Positions 52,860 through 63,272 of a stretch of DNA of 64,000 nt are shown here, one piece after another (within the stretch, counting starts at the first letter, position 1; the number at the start of each line of letters is the position of its first letter). Location of the stretch: assembly GCA_963783385.1 (NCBI GenBank), contig CAWANJ010000009.1:256001-320000 (forward strand). Direction: 5' to 3'. This DNA comes from an uncultured Gemmatimonadales bacterium. Its GTDB lineage: Bacteria > Gemmatimonadota > Gemmatimonadetes > Palauibacterales > Palauibacteraceae. The position numbers and the translations under genes are program-made. The notes under the pieces were generated by a model that saw only the letters and a program-made list of their open reading frames with translations, ran no database searches and was not told the origin of the DNA.

Positions 52860-53147
52860 TTGTCCGCCGTCGTAGGCGTCGCCCGGTGGGTCTTGCATCT
52901 GCCCGGATGCCGTTCGCTCAAGGCCAAGCGCAAGGTGGTCCACAGCCTTCGCGACCGGATGCGGTCCCGGTTCGGCGTGTCGGTCGCCGAGACGGACTTC
53001 CAGGACGAGTGGCGGCGGGCCGAGCTGTGCGCCGCGCTGGTCACTTCGGATCGCCGTCTGGCCGAGTCCATCCTCTCGAAGCTCGACGACCACGTGGCGT
53101 CCGATCCCCGGGCGCACGTCATCGAACGCGAGACGGTGCTCTATTGA
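52860..53147 (+). CDS. DUF503 (YlxP-like) protein
   Basis: LHLPGCRSLKAKR, RFGVSVAE.D.QD.W. Confidence 0.85.
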   Translation: MSAVVGVARWVLHLPGCRSLKAKRKVVHSLRDRMRSRFGVSVAETDFQDEWRRAELCAALVTSDRRLAESILSKLDDHVASDPRAHVIERETVLY

Positions 53148-53217
53148 AGGCCCGATTCCGCGGCGGCTCGATCGTTCCACACGGCGCTCCTACGCGCCCC
53201 GTGGCCGGGAGCGGTCC

Positions 53218-53610
53218 GTGACCGGGCACCGCCGCGTGCGCCGGCTGAACCAGCTCCTGCGCGAGGAGCTCTCGCGTCTCATCCGGCGGGAGGTCAAGGA
53301 CCCCCGGGTCGGCCTGGTGACCGTCACCAATGTGGACGTGACCTCCGACCTCGAGCATGCCACCGTCTACGTGAGGACCGTCGAGGCCGACCGGTCGATG
53401 GATGAGCTGCTCGCCGGCCTCCACAGCGCGGGCGGCTATCTCCGCCACGCGCTGGGTAAGGAGCTCCATCTGCGTCGGATCCCCGAGCTACGCTTCGAGG
53501 AGGACCGGAGCCTCGAGCGCGCCCGGCGCATCGAGGCCCTGCTCGAGCAGGCGCTGGAGGGCGACGAGGACCCGGGGAGCGACGGAGCGGATGACCGCGC
53601 GGAGCCCTGA
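53218..53610 (+). CDS. rbfA: Ribosome-binding factor A
   Basis: VKDPRVG.VTVT.V.VT.DL..ATVY, LRRIPELRF. Confidence 0.95.
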   Translation: MTGHRRVRRLNQLLREELSRLIRREVKDPRVGLVTVTNVDVTSDLEHATVYVRTVEADRSMDELLAGLHSAGGYLRHALGKELHLRRIPELRFEEDRSLERARRIEALLEQALEGDEDPGSDGADDRAEP

Positions 53611-54559
53611 AGAGGGTCCCGAGGGTGTCCTCCTGGTCGACAAGTCGGCCGGGCCGACCTCCACGGACGTGGTGCGCCGCGCCCGCCGGTGCCTCGGCGT
53701 CCGCCGCATAGGGCACGCGGGCACGCTCGATCCGTTCGCGACCGGCCTCCTCCTGATGTGCGTGGGACGGGTCACCCGCCTGGTTCGCTACCTGCACCTC
53801 CTCCCCAAGACCTACCGCGCCAGGATGCACCTGGGCGTCGAGACCTCGACCCACGACCCGGAGGGCGACGTGGTCAGCAGCTCGGAGACGTGGCGCCAGG
53901 TGGACCGGGGCGGTGTCGAAGCCGCGGCCGCGGAGCTCACGGGACGGATCGAGCAGGTCCCGCCGCGGTTCTCGGCCGTGAAGGTGGGTGGGCGCCGGGC
54001 CTACGAGGCGGCGCGTGCGGGGGAGGACGTGCAGCTGGAGGCCCGGCCGGTCCAGGTGGAGTCCTTCCGGATCGTCGCCTTCGACCCTCCCGCGCTCGAG
54101 GTCGAGACCGTCGTGGGCACGGGCACGTACATCCGGGGGCTGGCGCGCGACCTGGGGAGGGCGCTGGGCTGCGGCGCCCACCTGCGCACCCTGAGGCGGA
54201 CCGCGATCGGGCCGTTCGCCGTGGCCGAGGCGGTCGCGGACGCCGAGCTGGAAGAGGGCGCGGCGCACGACCTGCAGGGGTCCGGGGCATGGCGCTCGCC
54301 GGCGGGCGCGGTGGCCTGGCTACCGTTCAGGGAGCTCGAGCCCGGCGAGGTCGAGCGCGTACGGCACGGCGGAGAGGTGCCGCGCGGGAGCGTCGTGCCC
54401 GGTGTGACGGCCGCCGGGCCGGCGGCTTCGGGGGCCGGGGCTGTCGGGTACGATGAGAGCGGGAGCCCTGTGGCGCTGCTGCGGGCCGGCGTGCTGGTGG
54501 CGGTGGCCGAGCCGCTGGGTACGGCACTCCAGCCCCGCGTCGTGCTCGATGCCGCCTGA
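53591..54559 (+). CDS. truB: tRNA pseudouridine-55 synthase
   Basis: GHAGTLDPFATGLL, QVPPRFSAVKVGG, GTYIRGLARDLG. Confidence 0.95.
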   Translation: MTARSPEEGPEGVLLVDKSAGPTSTDVVRRARRCLGVRRIGHAGTLDPFATGLLLMCVGRVTRLVRYLHLLPKTYRARMHLGVETSTHDPEGDVVSSSETWRQVDRGGVEAAAAELTGRIEQVPPRFSAVKVGGRRAYEAARAGEDVQLEARPVQVESFRIVAFDPPALEVETVVGTGTYIRGLARDLGRALGCGAHLRTLRRTAIGPFAVAEAVADAELEEGAAHDLQGSGAWRSPAGAVAWLPFRELEPGEVERVRHGGEVPRGSVVPGVTAAGPAASGAGAVGYDESGSPVALLRAGVLVAVAEPLGTALQPRVVLDAA

Positions 54560-55523
54560 GGGGACGCTGCGAGCCGGGGAAGGCCGTCCCGCGGGGAGCG
54601 GACCGAGCGGTTTGCCCCCGGAAGTGGAGGGCACCGTGCTCACGGTGGGCACCTTCGACGGGGTGCACCGCGGACACCGGGCGGTCCTGGCCGAGATCGT
54701 GGACCGGGCGGGAGCCCGGGGCCTGTCGAGCGTGCTGGTGACGTTCGATCGGCACCCCCTCACGGTGGTGCGCCCCGAGCAGGCGCCCACGCTGCTCACG
54801 ACGCCGGACGAGAAGAAGGAGATCCTCGCGCAGACGGGCCTCGACTACGTGGCTTTCCTCTGCTTCACCCGTGCGCTGTCGCGCTACTCGCCGGAGGCGT
54901 TCGTCCGGACCTTCCTGGTCGACCGCTTCCGTGTCCGCGAGCTGGTGATCGGCTACGATCACGGCTTCGGCCGCGACCGGTCGGGAGATATCCAGACGCT
55001 GCGGCGTCTGGGCACCGAGCTGGGCTTCGACGTCGACGTGGTCGGCGAGGTGAGCGCGGATGGCGGGTCGATCTCCTCGACCCGGATCCGCCAGGCCGTC
55101 GGCGAGGGACGGATGGAGGACGCCGCCCTCGGCCTGGGTCGGCCCTACTCTATACAGGCGCCGATCGTGCACGGGCAGGGAAGGGGCCGGGACCTCGGAT
55201 TCCCGACCGCCAACCTCCAGTCGCCCGGTGGCGCCAAGCTGCTGCCGCCGCCGGGGATCTACGCCGTGCGTGCCAGCCTGCGGGCCGAGATCCGGAAGGG
55301 CCTCGTGCACCTGGGACCGCGGCCGACCTTCCCGGGCAGCCCCCCGTCCATCGAGCTGTATCTCCTGGACTTCGATGGGGACCTGTACGGGGAGCCCGTT
55401 CGGGTCGAATTCCTCTCCCGTCTCAGGGACGTTCTGCCGTTCACGTCGGCCGCGGAGCTGGTCGATAAGATGCGCGAGGATGTACGGGAAGCTCGGGCCT
55501 ACTTCGCCGCCTCCGGGACGTGA
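54549..55523 (+). CDS. ribF: Bifunctional riboflavin kinase/FAD synthetase
   Basis: [36 protein letters not shown]. Confidence 0.95.
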   Translation: MPPEGTLRAGEGRPAGSGPSGLPPEVEGTVLTVGTFDGVHRGHRAVLAEIVDRAGARGLSSVLVTFDRHPLTVVRPEQAPTLLTTPDEKKEILAQTGLDYVAFLCFTRALSRYSPEAFVRTFLVDRFRVRELVIGYDHGFGRDRSGDIQTLRRLGTELGFDVDVVGEVSADGGSISSTRIRQAVGEGRMEDAALGLGRPYSIQAPIVHGQGRGRDLGFPTANLQSPGGAKLLPPPGIYAVRASLRAEIRKGLVHLGPRPTFPGSPPSIELYLLDFDGDLYGEPVRVEFLSRLRDVLPFTSAAELVDKMREDVREARAYFAASGT

Positions 55524-55555
55524 ACCGGGCCGTGGCTGGCACCCCTGGCACGTTC

Positions 55556-55584
55556 TTTACAGGAAGGGTAGAACCGACTATGAT
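55556..55584 (+). promoter_or_regulatory. Sigma70 promoter for rpsO-pnp
   Basis: TTTACA, 17 bp spacer, TATGAT. Confidence 0.7.
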
Positions 55585-55674
55585 TGTGGACTTGGCGGCC
55601 GACCGAGTGGCCGCCGCTCGCGACGGGATGGAACCGGGAGGCCCGGCACGGCCTCGACAGTGACGAGGGAGGAC

Positions 55675-55944
55675 ATGCCCCTGACCGCCGACAAGACTGC
55701 CGAGATCGCCGAGAAGTTCGGCCGACACGAGAACGACCACGGCTCGGCGGCCGTGCAGATCGCGCTCCTCACGGCGCGCATCGAAGAGCTCACCGAGCAC
55801 TTCCGCGAGCACCCCAAGGACCACCACAGCCGCCGGGGCCTCCTCACGATGGTGGGACGGCGACGTCGGCTGCTGAGCTACCTGCGCGGGCACGACCTGG
55901 AGCGTTACCGCTGGGTGATCGAGGAGCTGGGGCTGCGTCACTGA
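55675..55944 (+). CDS. rpsO: 30S ribosomal protein S15
   Basis: GS..VQIALLT.RI..LT.H...[23 protein letters not shown]; SD GGAGG. Confidence 0.97.
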   Translation: MPLTADKTAEIAEKFGRHENDHGSAAVQIALLTARIEELTEHFREHPKDHHSRRGLLTMVGRRRRLLSYLRGHDLERYRWVIEELGLRH

Positions 55945-55963
55945 CCGCCGGCTTCGCTCCATC

Positions 55964-56047
55964 CCGCCGCGGGACCATGCAGGGGCCGCCGGGCGCCGTT
56001 CCGTGCGCGTCGGGCGGCCCTCGTGACGATGGGGTCCCTCGCGGCGG
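55964..56047 (+). promoter_or_regulatory. Long imperfect stem-loop in the pnp leader (candidate RNase III site)
   Basis: Nested pairings CCGCCGC/GCGGCGG, GGGACC/GGTCCC and GGGCCGCC/GGCGGCCC. Confidence 0.55.
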
Positions 56048-56110
56048 TCGGCCGACGATGACGATGAGACGACGAAGAGCAACGAGCCATTGGATAGAGG
56101 GACGACAGCG

Positions 56111-58207
56111 ATGAGTCACAGGATCGAGAGAGAGTTCTGGGGTCGGCCGCTCGTGATCGAGACCGGCCGCATGGCACGACAGGCGGACGGCGCGGTGTAC
56201 CTGCAGTTCGGCGAGACCGCGGTGCTGGTGACGGCGGTGGCGGAGCGCAAGCGCTCCAACCTCCCCTTCTTCCCGCTCACGGTCGAATACCGCGAGAAGA
56301 GCTACGCCGCGGGCAAGTTCCCGGGCGGCTTCTACAAGCGCGAGGGTCGGCCGGGCGACAAGGAGACGGTCTCCGCGCGCCAGATCGACCGACCCCTGCG
56401 TCCCCTGTTCCCCGACGGCTTCCAGAACGAGACGCAGGTCGCCTGCTTCATCATCTCGGCCGACCAGGAGAACGACGCGGACGTGCTCGGGATGCTGGGT
56501 GCCTCGGCGGCGCTCAGCCTGTCACCCATTCCATGGAACGGCCCGATCGCCGGCGTGCGGGTCGGTCGCCTGGACGGTGAGTGGGTGATCAACCCGACTT
56601 TCCAGCAGCTGGAGTTCTCCGAGACCGACATCGTGGTGGCCGGCACCGAGGACTCGATCGTCATGGTCGAGGGCGCGGCGGTCGAGATCTCCGAGGACCT
56701 GTTCATCGAGGCTCTGGAGGTCGCGCACGAGGCCATTCGCCAGCTCATCGACCTCCAGAAGGAGCTGGTCGAGATGGCGGGCGGCGCTCTCGAGAAGTTC
56801 GAGTGGGAGGGTCCCGACATCCCCGAGGGTCTCGAGGACGCCGTCCGGGAGGCGGCGGAGGCCCGGGTGCAGGAGGCGCTCAACCTGCCGAGCAAGGACG
56901 AGCGCAACCAGGCTCTGTCGGCGCTCCGCCACCAGCTCACCGAGGAGCTGGCCGAGCGCTTCCCGGACCACGTCGACCAGGTCGGCGAGGCGACTCGGGC
57001 ACTCCAGAAGAAGGTCATGCGCCGGCAGATCCTGGAGCGGGGCGAGCGCGTGGACGGCCGGTCGCTGGACCAGATCCGGCCGATCACGTGCGAGGTCGGC
57101 GTGCTGCCCAGGCCGCACGGGTCCGCCCTGTTCACGCGCGGCCAGACACAGGCGCTGGCGGTGACGACGCTGGGCACGGTGAGCGACGAGCAGCGCATCG
57201 ATTCCATCGACGTCCTCGAGGAGACTTCGAAGTCGTTCATGCTCCACTACAACTTCCCGCCCTTCTCGGTCGGGGAGGTGCGGCGCTTCCGGGGGCCGGG
57301 CCGGCGCGAGATCGGGCACGGCATGCTGGCCGAGCGGGCCCTGCAGCCCATGTTGCCGCCGTACGATGAGTTCCCCTACACGATCCGCGTCGTCTCCGAC
57401 ATCCTGGAGTCCAACGGCTCGAGCTCGATGGCGTCGGTGTGCGGAGGTTCGCTGTCCATGATGGATGCCGGGGTTCCGCTGCGGGCGGCCGTGGCCGGCA
57501 TCGCCATGGGACTGATCGAGGAAGGCGGCCAGACGGCGGTCCTGACCGACATCCTGGGGATCGAGGACGCGCTCGGCGACATGGACTTCAAGGTGGCCGG
57601 CACCGACCAGGGCATCACGGCCATCCAGATGGACAACAAGTCGGGTGGGCTGGAGGTGTCCGTGCTTCGGCAGGCGCTGGAGCGGGCCCACCAGGCGAGG
57701 CTCCACATCCTCGAGATCATGGCCCAGACGATGCCCCGGCCTCGCGCCGAGCTGTCGGAGCACGCTCCGAGGATCATCACGGTGGAGATCGATCCCGACA
57801 AGATCGGCAAGGTCATCGGTCCCAAGGGCAAGACGATCCGCGCCATCCAGGACGAGACCGGAGCCGAGATCAACATCGAGGACTCCGGGGTGGTGACCAT
57901 CTCCTCGCCGGGCGGGGAGGGCGGCGAGCGGGCTCGTCAGATGATCGAGGCCCTCGTGGAGGAGCCCGAGGTCGGCCGCGTATACGAAGGGGTGGTCAAG
58001 AACACGACCAGCTTCGGCGCGTTCGTCGAGATCCTCCCGGGTGTCGAGGGCCTGTGCCACATCTCGGAGCTCGAGGACAAGCGCACGGAGAACACGGAGG
58101 ATGTCGTCAAGAGCGGCGACCGCGTGCGCGTCAAGCTCCTCGCGATCAACGAGAAGGGGCAGCTCAAGCTCTCCCGTAAGGCTGTCCTGCCGGCCGAGCA
58201 GAACTGA
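56111..58207 (+). CDS. pnp: Polyribonucleotide nucleotidyltransferase
   Basis: FFPLTVEYREK, RQIDRPLRP, HGSALFTRGQTQ, SNGSSSMAS, GDMDFKVAGT, KH and S1 domains. Confidence 0.98.
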   Translation: MSHRIEREFWGRPLVIETGRMARQADGAVYLQFGETAVLVTAVAERKRSNLPFFPLTVEYREKSYAAGKFPGGFYKREGRPGDKETVSARQIDRPLRPLFPDGFQNETQVACFIISADQENDADVLGMLGASAALSLSPIPWNGPIAGVRVGRLDGEWVINPTFQQLEFSETDIVVAGTEDSIVMVEGAAVEISEDLFIEALEVAHEAIRQLIDLQKELVEMAGGALEKFEWEGPDIPEGLEDAVREAAEARVQEALNLPSKDERNQALSALRHQLTEELAERFPDHVDQVGEATRALQKKVMRRQILERGERVDGRSLDQIRPITCEVGVLPRPHGSALFTRGQTQALAVTTLGTVSDEQRIDSIDVLEETSKSFMLHYNFPPFSVGEVRRFRGPGRREIGHGMLAERALQPMLPPYDEFPYTIRVVSDILESNGSSSMASVCGGSLSMMDAGVPLRAAVAGIAMGLIEEGGQTAVLTDILGIEDALGDMDFKVAGTDQGITAIQMDNKSGGLEVSVLRQALERAHQARLHILEIMAQTMPRPRAELSEHAPRIITVEIDPDKIGKVIGPKGKTIRAIQDETGAEINIEDSGVVTISSPGGEGGERARQMIEALVEEPEVGRVYEGVVKNTTSFGAFVEILPGVEGLCHISELEDKRTENTEDVVKSGDRVRVKLLAINEKGQLKLSRKAVLPAEQN

Positions 58208-58218
58208 GGGCTACGTCG

Positions 58219-59586
58219 GTGCCCACGGGGGGCGGGGACGGCTCCCGGGGACCCGGGCCGGGTGGGTCCGAGAGCGGGCTCGTCGGCGCCGCGGGCGCTG
58301 CAACCCGGGCGTCGCCCGCACCGCCATCCGGCGGGACGGGTCCCCGCTCCGAGCGGTTGGCGCCGGGCGTCGTGCGCACGGTCTTCCCGGACGGCTTCAC
58401 GGTCCTCACCGAGACGATGGAGGGCGTCCGCTCCCTGGCAGCCGGGGTGTGGATCCGCCAGGGCACCGTCCACGAGCCGGCGCCCGTGCGCGGCATCTCC
58501 CACCTCCTCGAGCACATGGTGTTCAAGGGCACGGGTCGGCGCAGCGCCCGGCAGATCGCCCTCGAGATCGAGGAGGTCGGCGGCAACCTCGACGCCTACA
58601 CTACGCACGAGCACACGGGGTTCACCGCCCGGGTCCCGGCCGACCACGCCGAGCGCGCGCTCGACGTCCTGTGCGACATGGTGTTCTCGCCCACGCTGCG
58701 CTCCCGCGACCTCGAGCCCGAGCGGGAGGTCGTGCTCGAGGAGATCGCCGGCGTCGAGGATTCGCCCGACCAGCTCGTGTTCGAGCTCCACGCCCCGTTC
58801 CTGTACGGGAGCCACCCCTACGGCGCGCCGATCCTCGGGACCCGGACGACGGCATCCGCTCTGACGGAGCGGGATCTCCGCGAGCTGCATCGGGGCACCT
58901 ACCGACGTTCCAACGCCGTGTTCGCCGCGGCCGGGAACGTGGACCACGAGGCGCTGGTGGAGTCCCTGCTCGGGCGGCTGCCGGCGCAACAGCCGGCCAA
59001 CTCGGCCGAGGTGGGTGAGCCGGAGACCTGGGGCCGCGGTACGCGACGCGTGGAGCGGGAAGGGGGGCAGCAAGCCCACGTCGTGGCCGCCGTGCCCGGC
59101 GTGCCCTACGGGCACCCCCTCCGCTACGCCGCCGTGCTCGTGGAGACGGCGCTGGGCGAGGGCATGAGCTCGCGGCTGTTCCAACGCGTTCGCGAGGAGC
59201 TGGGCCTGGTCTACACGATCTACAGCTTCCATGCGTTCTACGGTAGGGCGGGACACGCCGGGGCCTACCTGGCGACCCGACCCGAGACGGCGGAAGAGGC
59301 GCGTGAGGCCATGCTCCAGGAGCTGGACGTCCTGGCTCACGAGGGTCTCCGGCCGCAGGAGCTCGCCTCCACGAGGGAGCAGCTCAAAGGATCGGCGATG
59401 CTGTCGCTGGAGTCCCCGGCGTCGCGCATGCACCGACTCGCCGGGACCGCGCTCTACGGTGAGCCCTTCAGAACGATGGACGAGCTCGCCGGGCTCATCG
59501 ACGCGATCACCGTCGATCAGGCCGCCGAAGCGGCGGCCCTCTTCGAACCGGACCGGGCGGCGGTGCTCGAGCTCGCTCCGGCCTGA
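58219..59586 (+). CDS. M16 (pitrilysin) family zinc peptidase; true start may be downstream
   Basis: GISHLLEHMVFKGT (HXXEH), EREVVLEE, SSRLFQRVREELGLVY; pnp-M16 synteny. Confidence 0.9.
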   Translation: MPTGGGDGSRGPGPGGSESGLVGAAGAATRASPAPPSGGTGPRSERLAPGVVRTVFPDGFTVLTETMEGVRSLAAGVWIRQGTVHEPAPVRGISHLLEHMVFKGTGRRSARQIALEIEEVGGNLDAYTTHEHTGFTARVPADHAERALDVLCDMVFSPTLRSRDLEPEREVVLEEIAGVEDSPDQLVFELHAPFLYGSHPYGAPILGTRTTASALTERDLRELHRGTYRRSNAVFAAAGNVDHEALVESLLGRLPAQQPANSAEVGEPETWGRGTRRVEREGGQQAHVVAAVPGVPYGHPLRYAAVLVETALGEGMSSRLFQRVREELGLVYTIYSFHAFYGRAGHAGAYLATRPETAEEAREAMLQELDVLAHEGLRPQELASTREQLKGSAMLSLESPASRMHRLAGTALYGEPFRTMDELAGLIDAITVDQAAEAAALFEPDRAAVLELAPA

Positions 59587-59616
59587 ACCGATAAGAAACG
59601 ACGCAGGAGTTCAGCC

Positions 59617-60729
59617 ATGATCGTCGGCGTGCCGAGGGAGATCAAACCGGATGAGAACAGGGTCGCACTCGTGCCCTCGGGCGTCGAGGCGCTGGTGCGG
59701 GCTGGACACCGGGTCCTGGTCGAGACGGAGGCCGGGGCGGGGAGCGGCTTCCCCGACGAGGCGTACGAGGGTGTCGGAGGGGAGATCGCGGACGGGCCGG
59801 ACGCGGTGTGGGGGACGGCCGAGATGGTCGTCAAGGTGAAGGAGCCGGTAGGCGCCGAGTACGGCCGTCTCCGTGACGGCCAGGTGGTGTTCACCTACTT
59901 CCACTTCGCGGCCGACCGGGAGCTCACGGAGGCCGTGCTCGACAGCGGCTGTGTGGCCATCGCTTACGAGACCGTGCAGCTCCCCCGCGGCGAGCTCCCG
60001 TTGCTGACGCCCATGTCGGAGGTGGCGGGCCGGATGGCCGTGCAGGAAGGGGCCAAGTATCTGGAGAAGGTGTCCGGCGGCCGCGGCATCCTGCTCGGTG
60101 GCGTACCGGGCGTCCTGCCCGCGGAGGTCGTGATCCTCGGCGGCGGCGTGGTCGGCACGAACGCCGCCAAGATCGCCGCCGGCTTCGGAGCGCACGTGAC
60201 CGTGCTCGACGTGGACCTCGACCGGCTGCGCTACCTGTCCGATGTGATGCCGGCCAACGTGGACCTCCTGTACTCGAACCGTCATCACATACTCGACCAG
60301 CTCGAACGCGTGGACCTGCTGGTCGGGGCCGTGCTGCTGCCCGGCGCCAAGGCACCCGAGCTGGTGCGACGCGAGGACCTGGCCCGGATGCGCGAGGGGT
60401 CGGTGGTCGTGGACGTGGCGGTCGACCAGGGCGGCTGCGTCGAGACCATCCACCCGACCACCCATGCCGACCCGACCTACGTGGTGGACGGGGTCGTGCA
60501 CTACGGCGTCTCGAACATGCCCGGGGCGGTCCCGAGGACCTCCACGCTGGCGCTCACGAACGCGACCTTCCCCTACGCCCTCACCCTGGCGGCGCGCGGA
60601 TGGCGCGAGGCGTGTCGGGACGACATGTCCCTGGCGCGCGGCCTGAACGTCGTGGAGGGCCGCTGCAGCTACGCGGCGGTGGCCGAAGTCTTCGATCTTC
60701 CGTACACGCCGCTCGAGGAGGTGCTCTGA
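59617..60729 (+). CDS. ald: Alanine dehydrogenase
   Basis: [50 protein letters not shown]. Confidence 0.95.
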   Translation: MIVGVPREIKPDENRVALVPSGVEALVRAGHRVLVETEAGAGSGFPDEAYEGVGGEIADGPDAVWGTAEMVVKVKEPVGAEYGRLRDGQVVFTYFHFAADRELTEAVLDSGCVAIAYETVQLPRGELPLLTPMSEVAGRMAVQEGAKYLEKVSGGRGILLGGVPGVLPAEVVILGGGVVGTNAAKIAAGFGAHVTVLDVDLDRLRYLSDVMPANVDLLYSNRHHILDQLERVDLLVGAVLLPGAKAPELVRREDLARMREGSVVVDVAVDQGGCVETIHPTTHADPTYVVDGVVHYGVSNMPGAVPRTSTLALTNATFPYALTLAARGWREACRDDMSLARGLNVVEGRCSYAAVAEVFDLPYTPLEEVL

Positions 60730-60929
60730 GCCTCCCGTCGACACGGCGGCCCGACCGGGCCTGAGGCGCCGTGATCTCCTTTCGCCGCACGGGACGTCGG
60801 TCTAGATTGGGCCGGTTCCCGGAGGGCGAGCCTCCTCACGCCCTCCCGGTCGGGCCAGTCCGGATGCGTCGCCGACCCCTCGGTCGCGATCCGGGTCGGG
60901 CGCAGCTTTAGCTTTCGTCGGGTTCTCGC

Positions 60930-61964
60930 ATGGCCAAATGGTTTCGGAGGGGTAGCCTGCTGCCCATCAACGACATAGGCGTCGATCTGGGCACGGCCAA
61001 CACGGTGGTCTACGTCAAGGGCGAGGGGATCGTCCTCAACGAGCCATCCGTCGTGGCCATGGAGAAGGGCAGCGGACGGATCAAGGGGATCGGCCTCGAG
61101 GCCAAGCGCATGCTGGGCCGGACGCCGACCGGTATCGAGGCCGTGCGTCCGCTCAAGGATGGCGTGATCGCCGACGTGGACGTCACCGAGATCATGCTGC
61201 GCTTCTTCCTGAAGACCGTCACCTCGAACCGGTTCTTCAAGATCCGTCCTCGGGTGGTCGTGGGCGTGCCCTCCGGAATTACCGAGCTGGAGCGGCGGGC
61301 CGTGCGCTCGAGCGCTCATGCGGCAGGGGCCAAGGAGGTCTACATGGTGGCCGAGCCCATGGCGGCCGCCATCGGGGTGGGCCTTCCGGTGGAGACGCCC
61401 ACCGGGAACATGGTGATCGACGTGGGCGGCGGAACGACGGAGATCGCCGTGATCGCGCTATCGGGATCGGTGGCGGACACCTCCATCCGGGTCGCCGGCG
61501 ACGAGCTCGATGCGGCGATCGTCACCTTCCTCCGCAAGAACTACAACCTCCTCATCGGAGAGCCCACGGCCGAGGCGATCAAGATCCAGATCGGGTCCGC
61601 CTATCCGGACGGGGAGGAGCGCGAGATGATGGTCAAGGGGCGCGACCTCGTGTCGGGCATCCCCAAGACGGTCCGCGTCCACTCGGCCGAGATCCGCGAG
61701 TGCATGCAGGAGCCCATCCAGCAGATCGTGGGCGCGGTCCGCCGGGCGCTCGAGATCACCCCACCGGAGCTGGCGTCGGACATCGTGGATCGGGGCATCA
61801 CGATGACCGGAGGCGGGTCGCTCGTCCGCGGTCTCGATGTCCTGCTCCGCGAGGAGACGGGTCTGCCCATCCACGTGGACGAGGAGCCCCTCACGTGCGT
61901 GGTGCGGGGGACGGGTCGGATCCTGGACGACTTCGACCGCTATCGGAACGTCCTGACGACCTGA
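60930..61964 (+). CDS. mreB: Rod shape-determining protein MreB
   Basis: DLGTANT, EPSVVA, RPLKDGVIAD, DVGGGTTE, TGGG. Confidence 0.97.
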   Translation: MAKWFRRGSLLPINDIGVDLGTANTVVYVKGEGIVLNEPSVVAMEKGSGRIKGIGLEAKRMLGRTPTGIEAVRPLKDGVIADVDVTEIMLRFFLKTVTSNRFFKIRPRVVVGVPSGITELERRAVRSSAHAAGAKEVYMVAEPMAAAIGVGLPVETPTGNMVIDVGGGTTEIAVIALSGSVADTSIRVAGDELDAAIVTFLRKNYNLLIGEPTAEAIKIQIGSAYPDGEEREMMVKGRDLVSGIPKTVRVHSAEIRECMQEPIQQIVGAVRRALEITPPELASDIVDRGITMTGGGSLVRGLDVLLREETGLPIHVDEEPLTCVVRGTGRILDDFDRYRNVLTT

Positions 61965-61971
61965 CCCACGG

Positions 61972-62784
61972 GTGGCTTCCACGGGCGTGAGCGAGCCGGG
62001 CCGGGCAAGGGTGGACCTGGCGGTCACCGTCCTGTGCGTCCTGGTCGGCACCCTCATCGGCGTCCTCACGCCCGCCCGGCGCCTCGTGCTTACGCACGCG
62101 CTCCGCTCCTCCGTCCTGGCGCCCGTCCTCCTGACCCAGGAGGCCGTGGCCCGCCGCACGCGGCTCTCGGCCCGCCTGGCGGTCCTGGAGACGGAGCGCG
62201 ACTCGCTCGCCCGGGAGCTGATCGAGGCCCGCCAGGCCCTGGAGGAGAATGCCCGCCTGCGCGAGGTCCTGTCCCTGGGCCCCCGGCCGTCCGACACCCT
62301 CGTCGCGGTCGAGCTCGCGCCCGGCCGGGTGCCGGGGGGTGAGGACCAGACCTTCCTGGTGCGCAGGGGCTCGGACGACGGCGTGCGGGCGCCCGCCGGG
62401 GTGTTCACCTCCCGCGGGCTCGTGGGCGTGCTCCGGGCGTCCACCGCGCACGCCTCGCGGGGCCAGTTCTGGACCCATCCCGACTTCCGGGTCAGCGTCC
62501 GCACCGCGACCGGCACGGCCAGTGGGATCGTGCGCGCCGGGGACGACCCCGATCAGCCGATGATGATCCTGGAGGGAGCGCCTTACCAGACGGACATTCC
62601 CCCGGGGACGGTCCTGTACACGTCGGGCCTCGGAGGCCTGTATCCGCCGGGCATCCCGGTCGGCACGGTGCGCTCGGTATCGGCCGTCGAGTCCGGATGG
62701 GAGAAGAGCTATCGCGTGGAGCCGGCGGTCCGGCCCGAGCAGGTGGGCGTGGCGCTCGTGTGGCGCAGGCCGGCGGGGCCGTGA
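61972..62784 (+). CDS. mreC: Rod shape-determining protein MreC
   Basis: TM plus coiled coil ENARLRE.L, GLVG, TSGLGGLYPPGIPVG. Confidence 0.9.
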   Translation: MASTGVSEPGRARVDLAVTVLCVLVGTLIGVLTPARRLVLTHALRSSVLAPVLLTQEAVARRTRLSARLAVLETERDSLARELIEARQALEENARLREVLSLGPRPSDTLVAVELAPGRVPGGEDQTFLVRRGSDDGVRAPAGVFTSRGLVGVLRASTAHASRGQFWTHPDFRVSVRTATGTASGIVRAGDDPDQPMMILEGAPYQTDIPPGTVLYTSGLGGLYPPGIPVGTVRSVSAVESGWEKSYRVEPAVRPEQVGVALVWRRPAGP

Positions 62785-63263
62785 AGGACGCTTCGAGCGG
62801 CGGCCTGGTGACGGTACTGACGATCGCGGCGTTGCTTGTCGCCCACTTCCTGCTGCGTCCGCTCCTGGTGGCCCGACCCTTCGCGCCCGACCTGCTGGCG
62901 GGCGCCCTCATGCTGGCCGCCCTCCACATGCGGCCCGGGACCGCGGCCGTCGTGGGATTCGGGGCCGGCCTGCTCGAGGGGGCCATGGCCCTGGAGGGGA
63001 TGGGCACCCTGGCCGCGACCTTCGCGCTCATAGGCTATGTGGCCGCTCGGGCCCGTGAGCTGTTCTTCGCCGACTCCGCCCTGTTCCTGCCGGCCTTCGC
63101 GTTCGTGGGGGTGTGGGCGCTCCACATGGGAGAGCTGCTCGCGGTGGGCGCTCCGCTGGACTGGGTCGGATGGCTCGTGCAGTCGCCCGTTTCGGCGGCC
63201 CTGACGGCCCTCCTGATCCTCCTGGTCGAGCGAGCGGTGACCTCGCGGCCCTCGGCGGTGTAG
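62781..63263 (+). CDS. mreD: Rod shape-determining protein MreD
   Basis: Hydrophobic; PDLL, GF.AGLL; located between mreC and mrdA. Confidence 0.8.
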   Translation: MKDASSGGLVTVLTIAALLVAHFLLRPLLVARPFAPDLLAGALMLAALHMRPGTAAVVGFGAGLLEGAMALEGMGTLAATFALIGYVAARARELFFADSALFLPAFAFVGVWALHMGELLAVGAPLDWVGWLVQSPVSAALTALLILLVERAVTSRPSAV

Positions 63264-63272
63264 CGACCCCCG

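Noticed and set aside
49875-53180. 1101-aa antisense ORF opposite infB, and the many other long shadow or alternate-frame ORFs in the track
   Set aside because: These are expected from high-GC codon bias. They have no recognisable motifs and fully overlap clear housekeeping genes.
55535-55561. Sigma54-like TGGCAC motifs upstream of rpsO
   Set aside because: The -12 element reads TTAC rather than TTGC, and a well-spaced sigma70 promoter explains the region.
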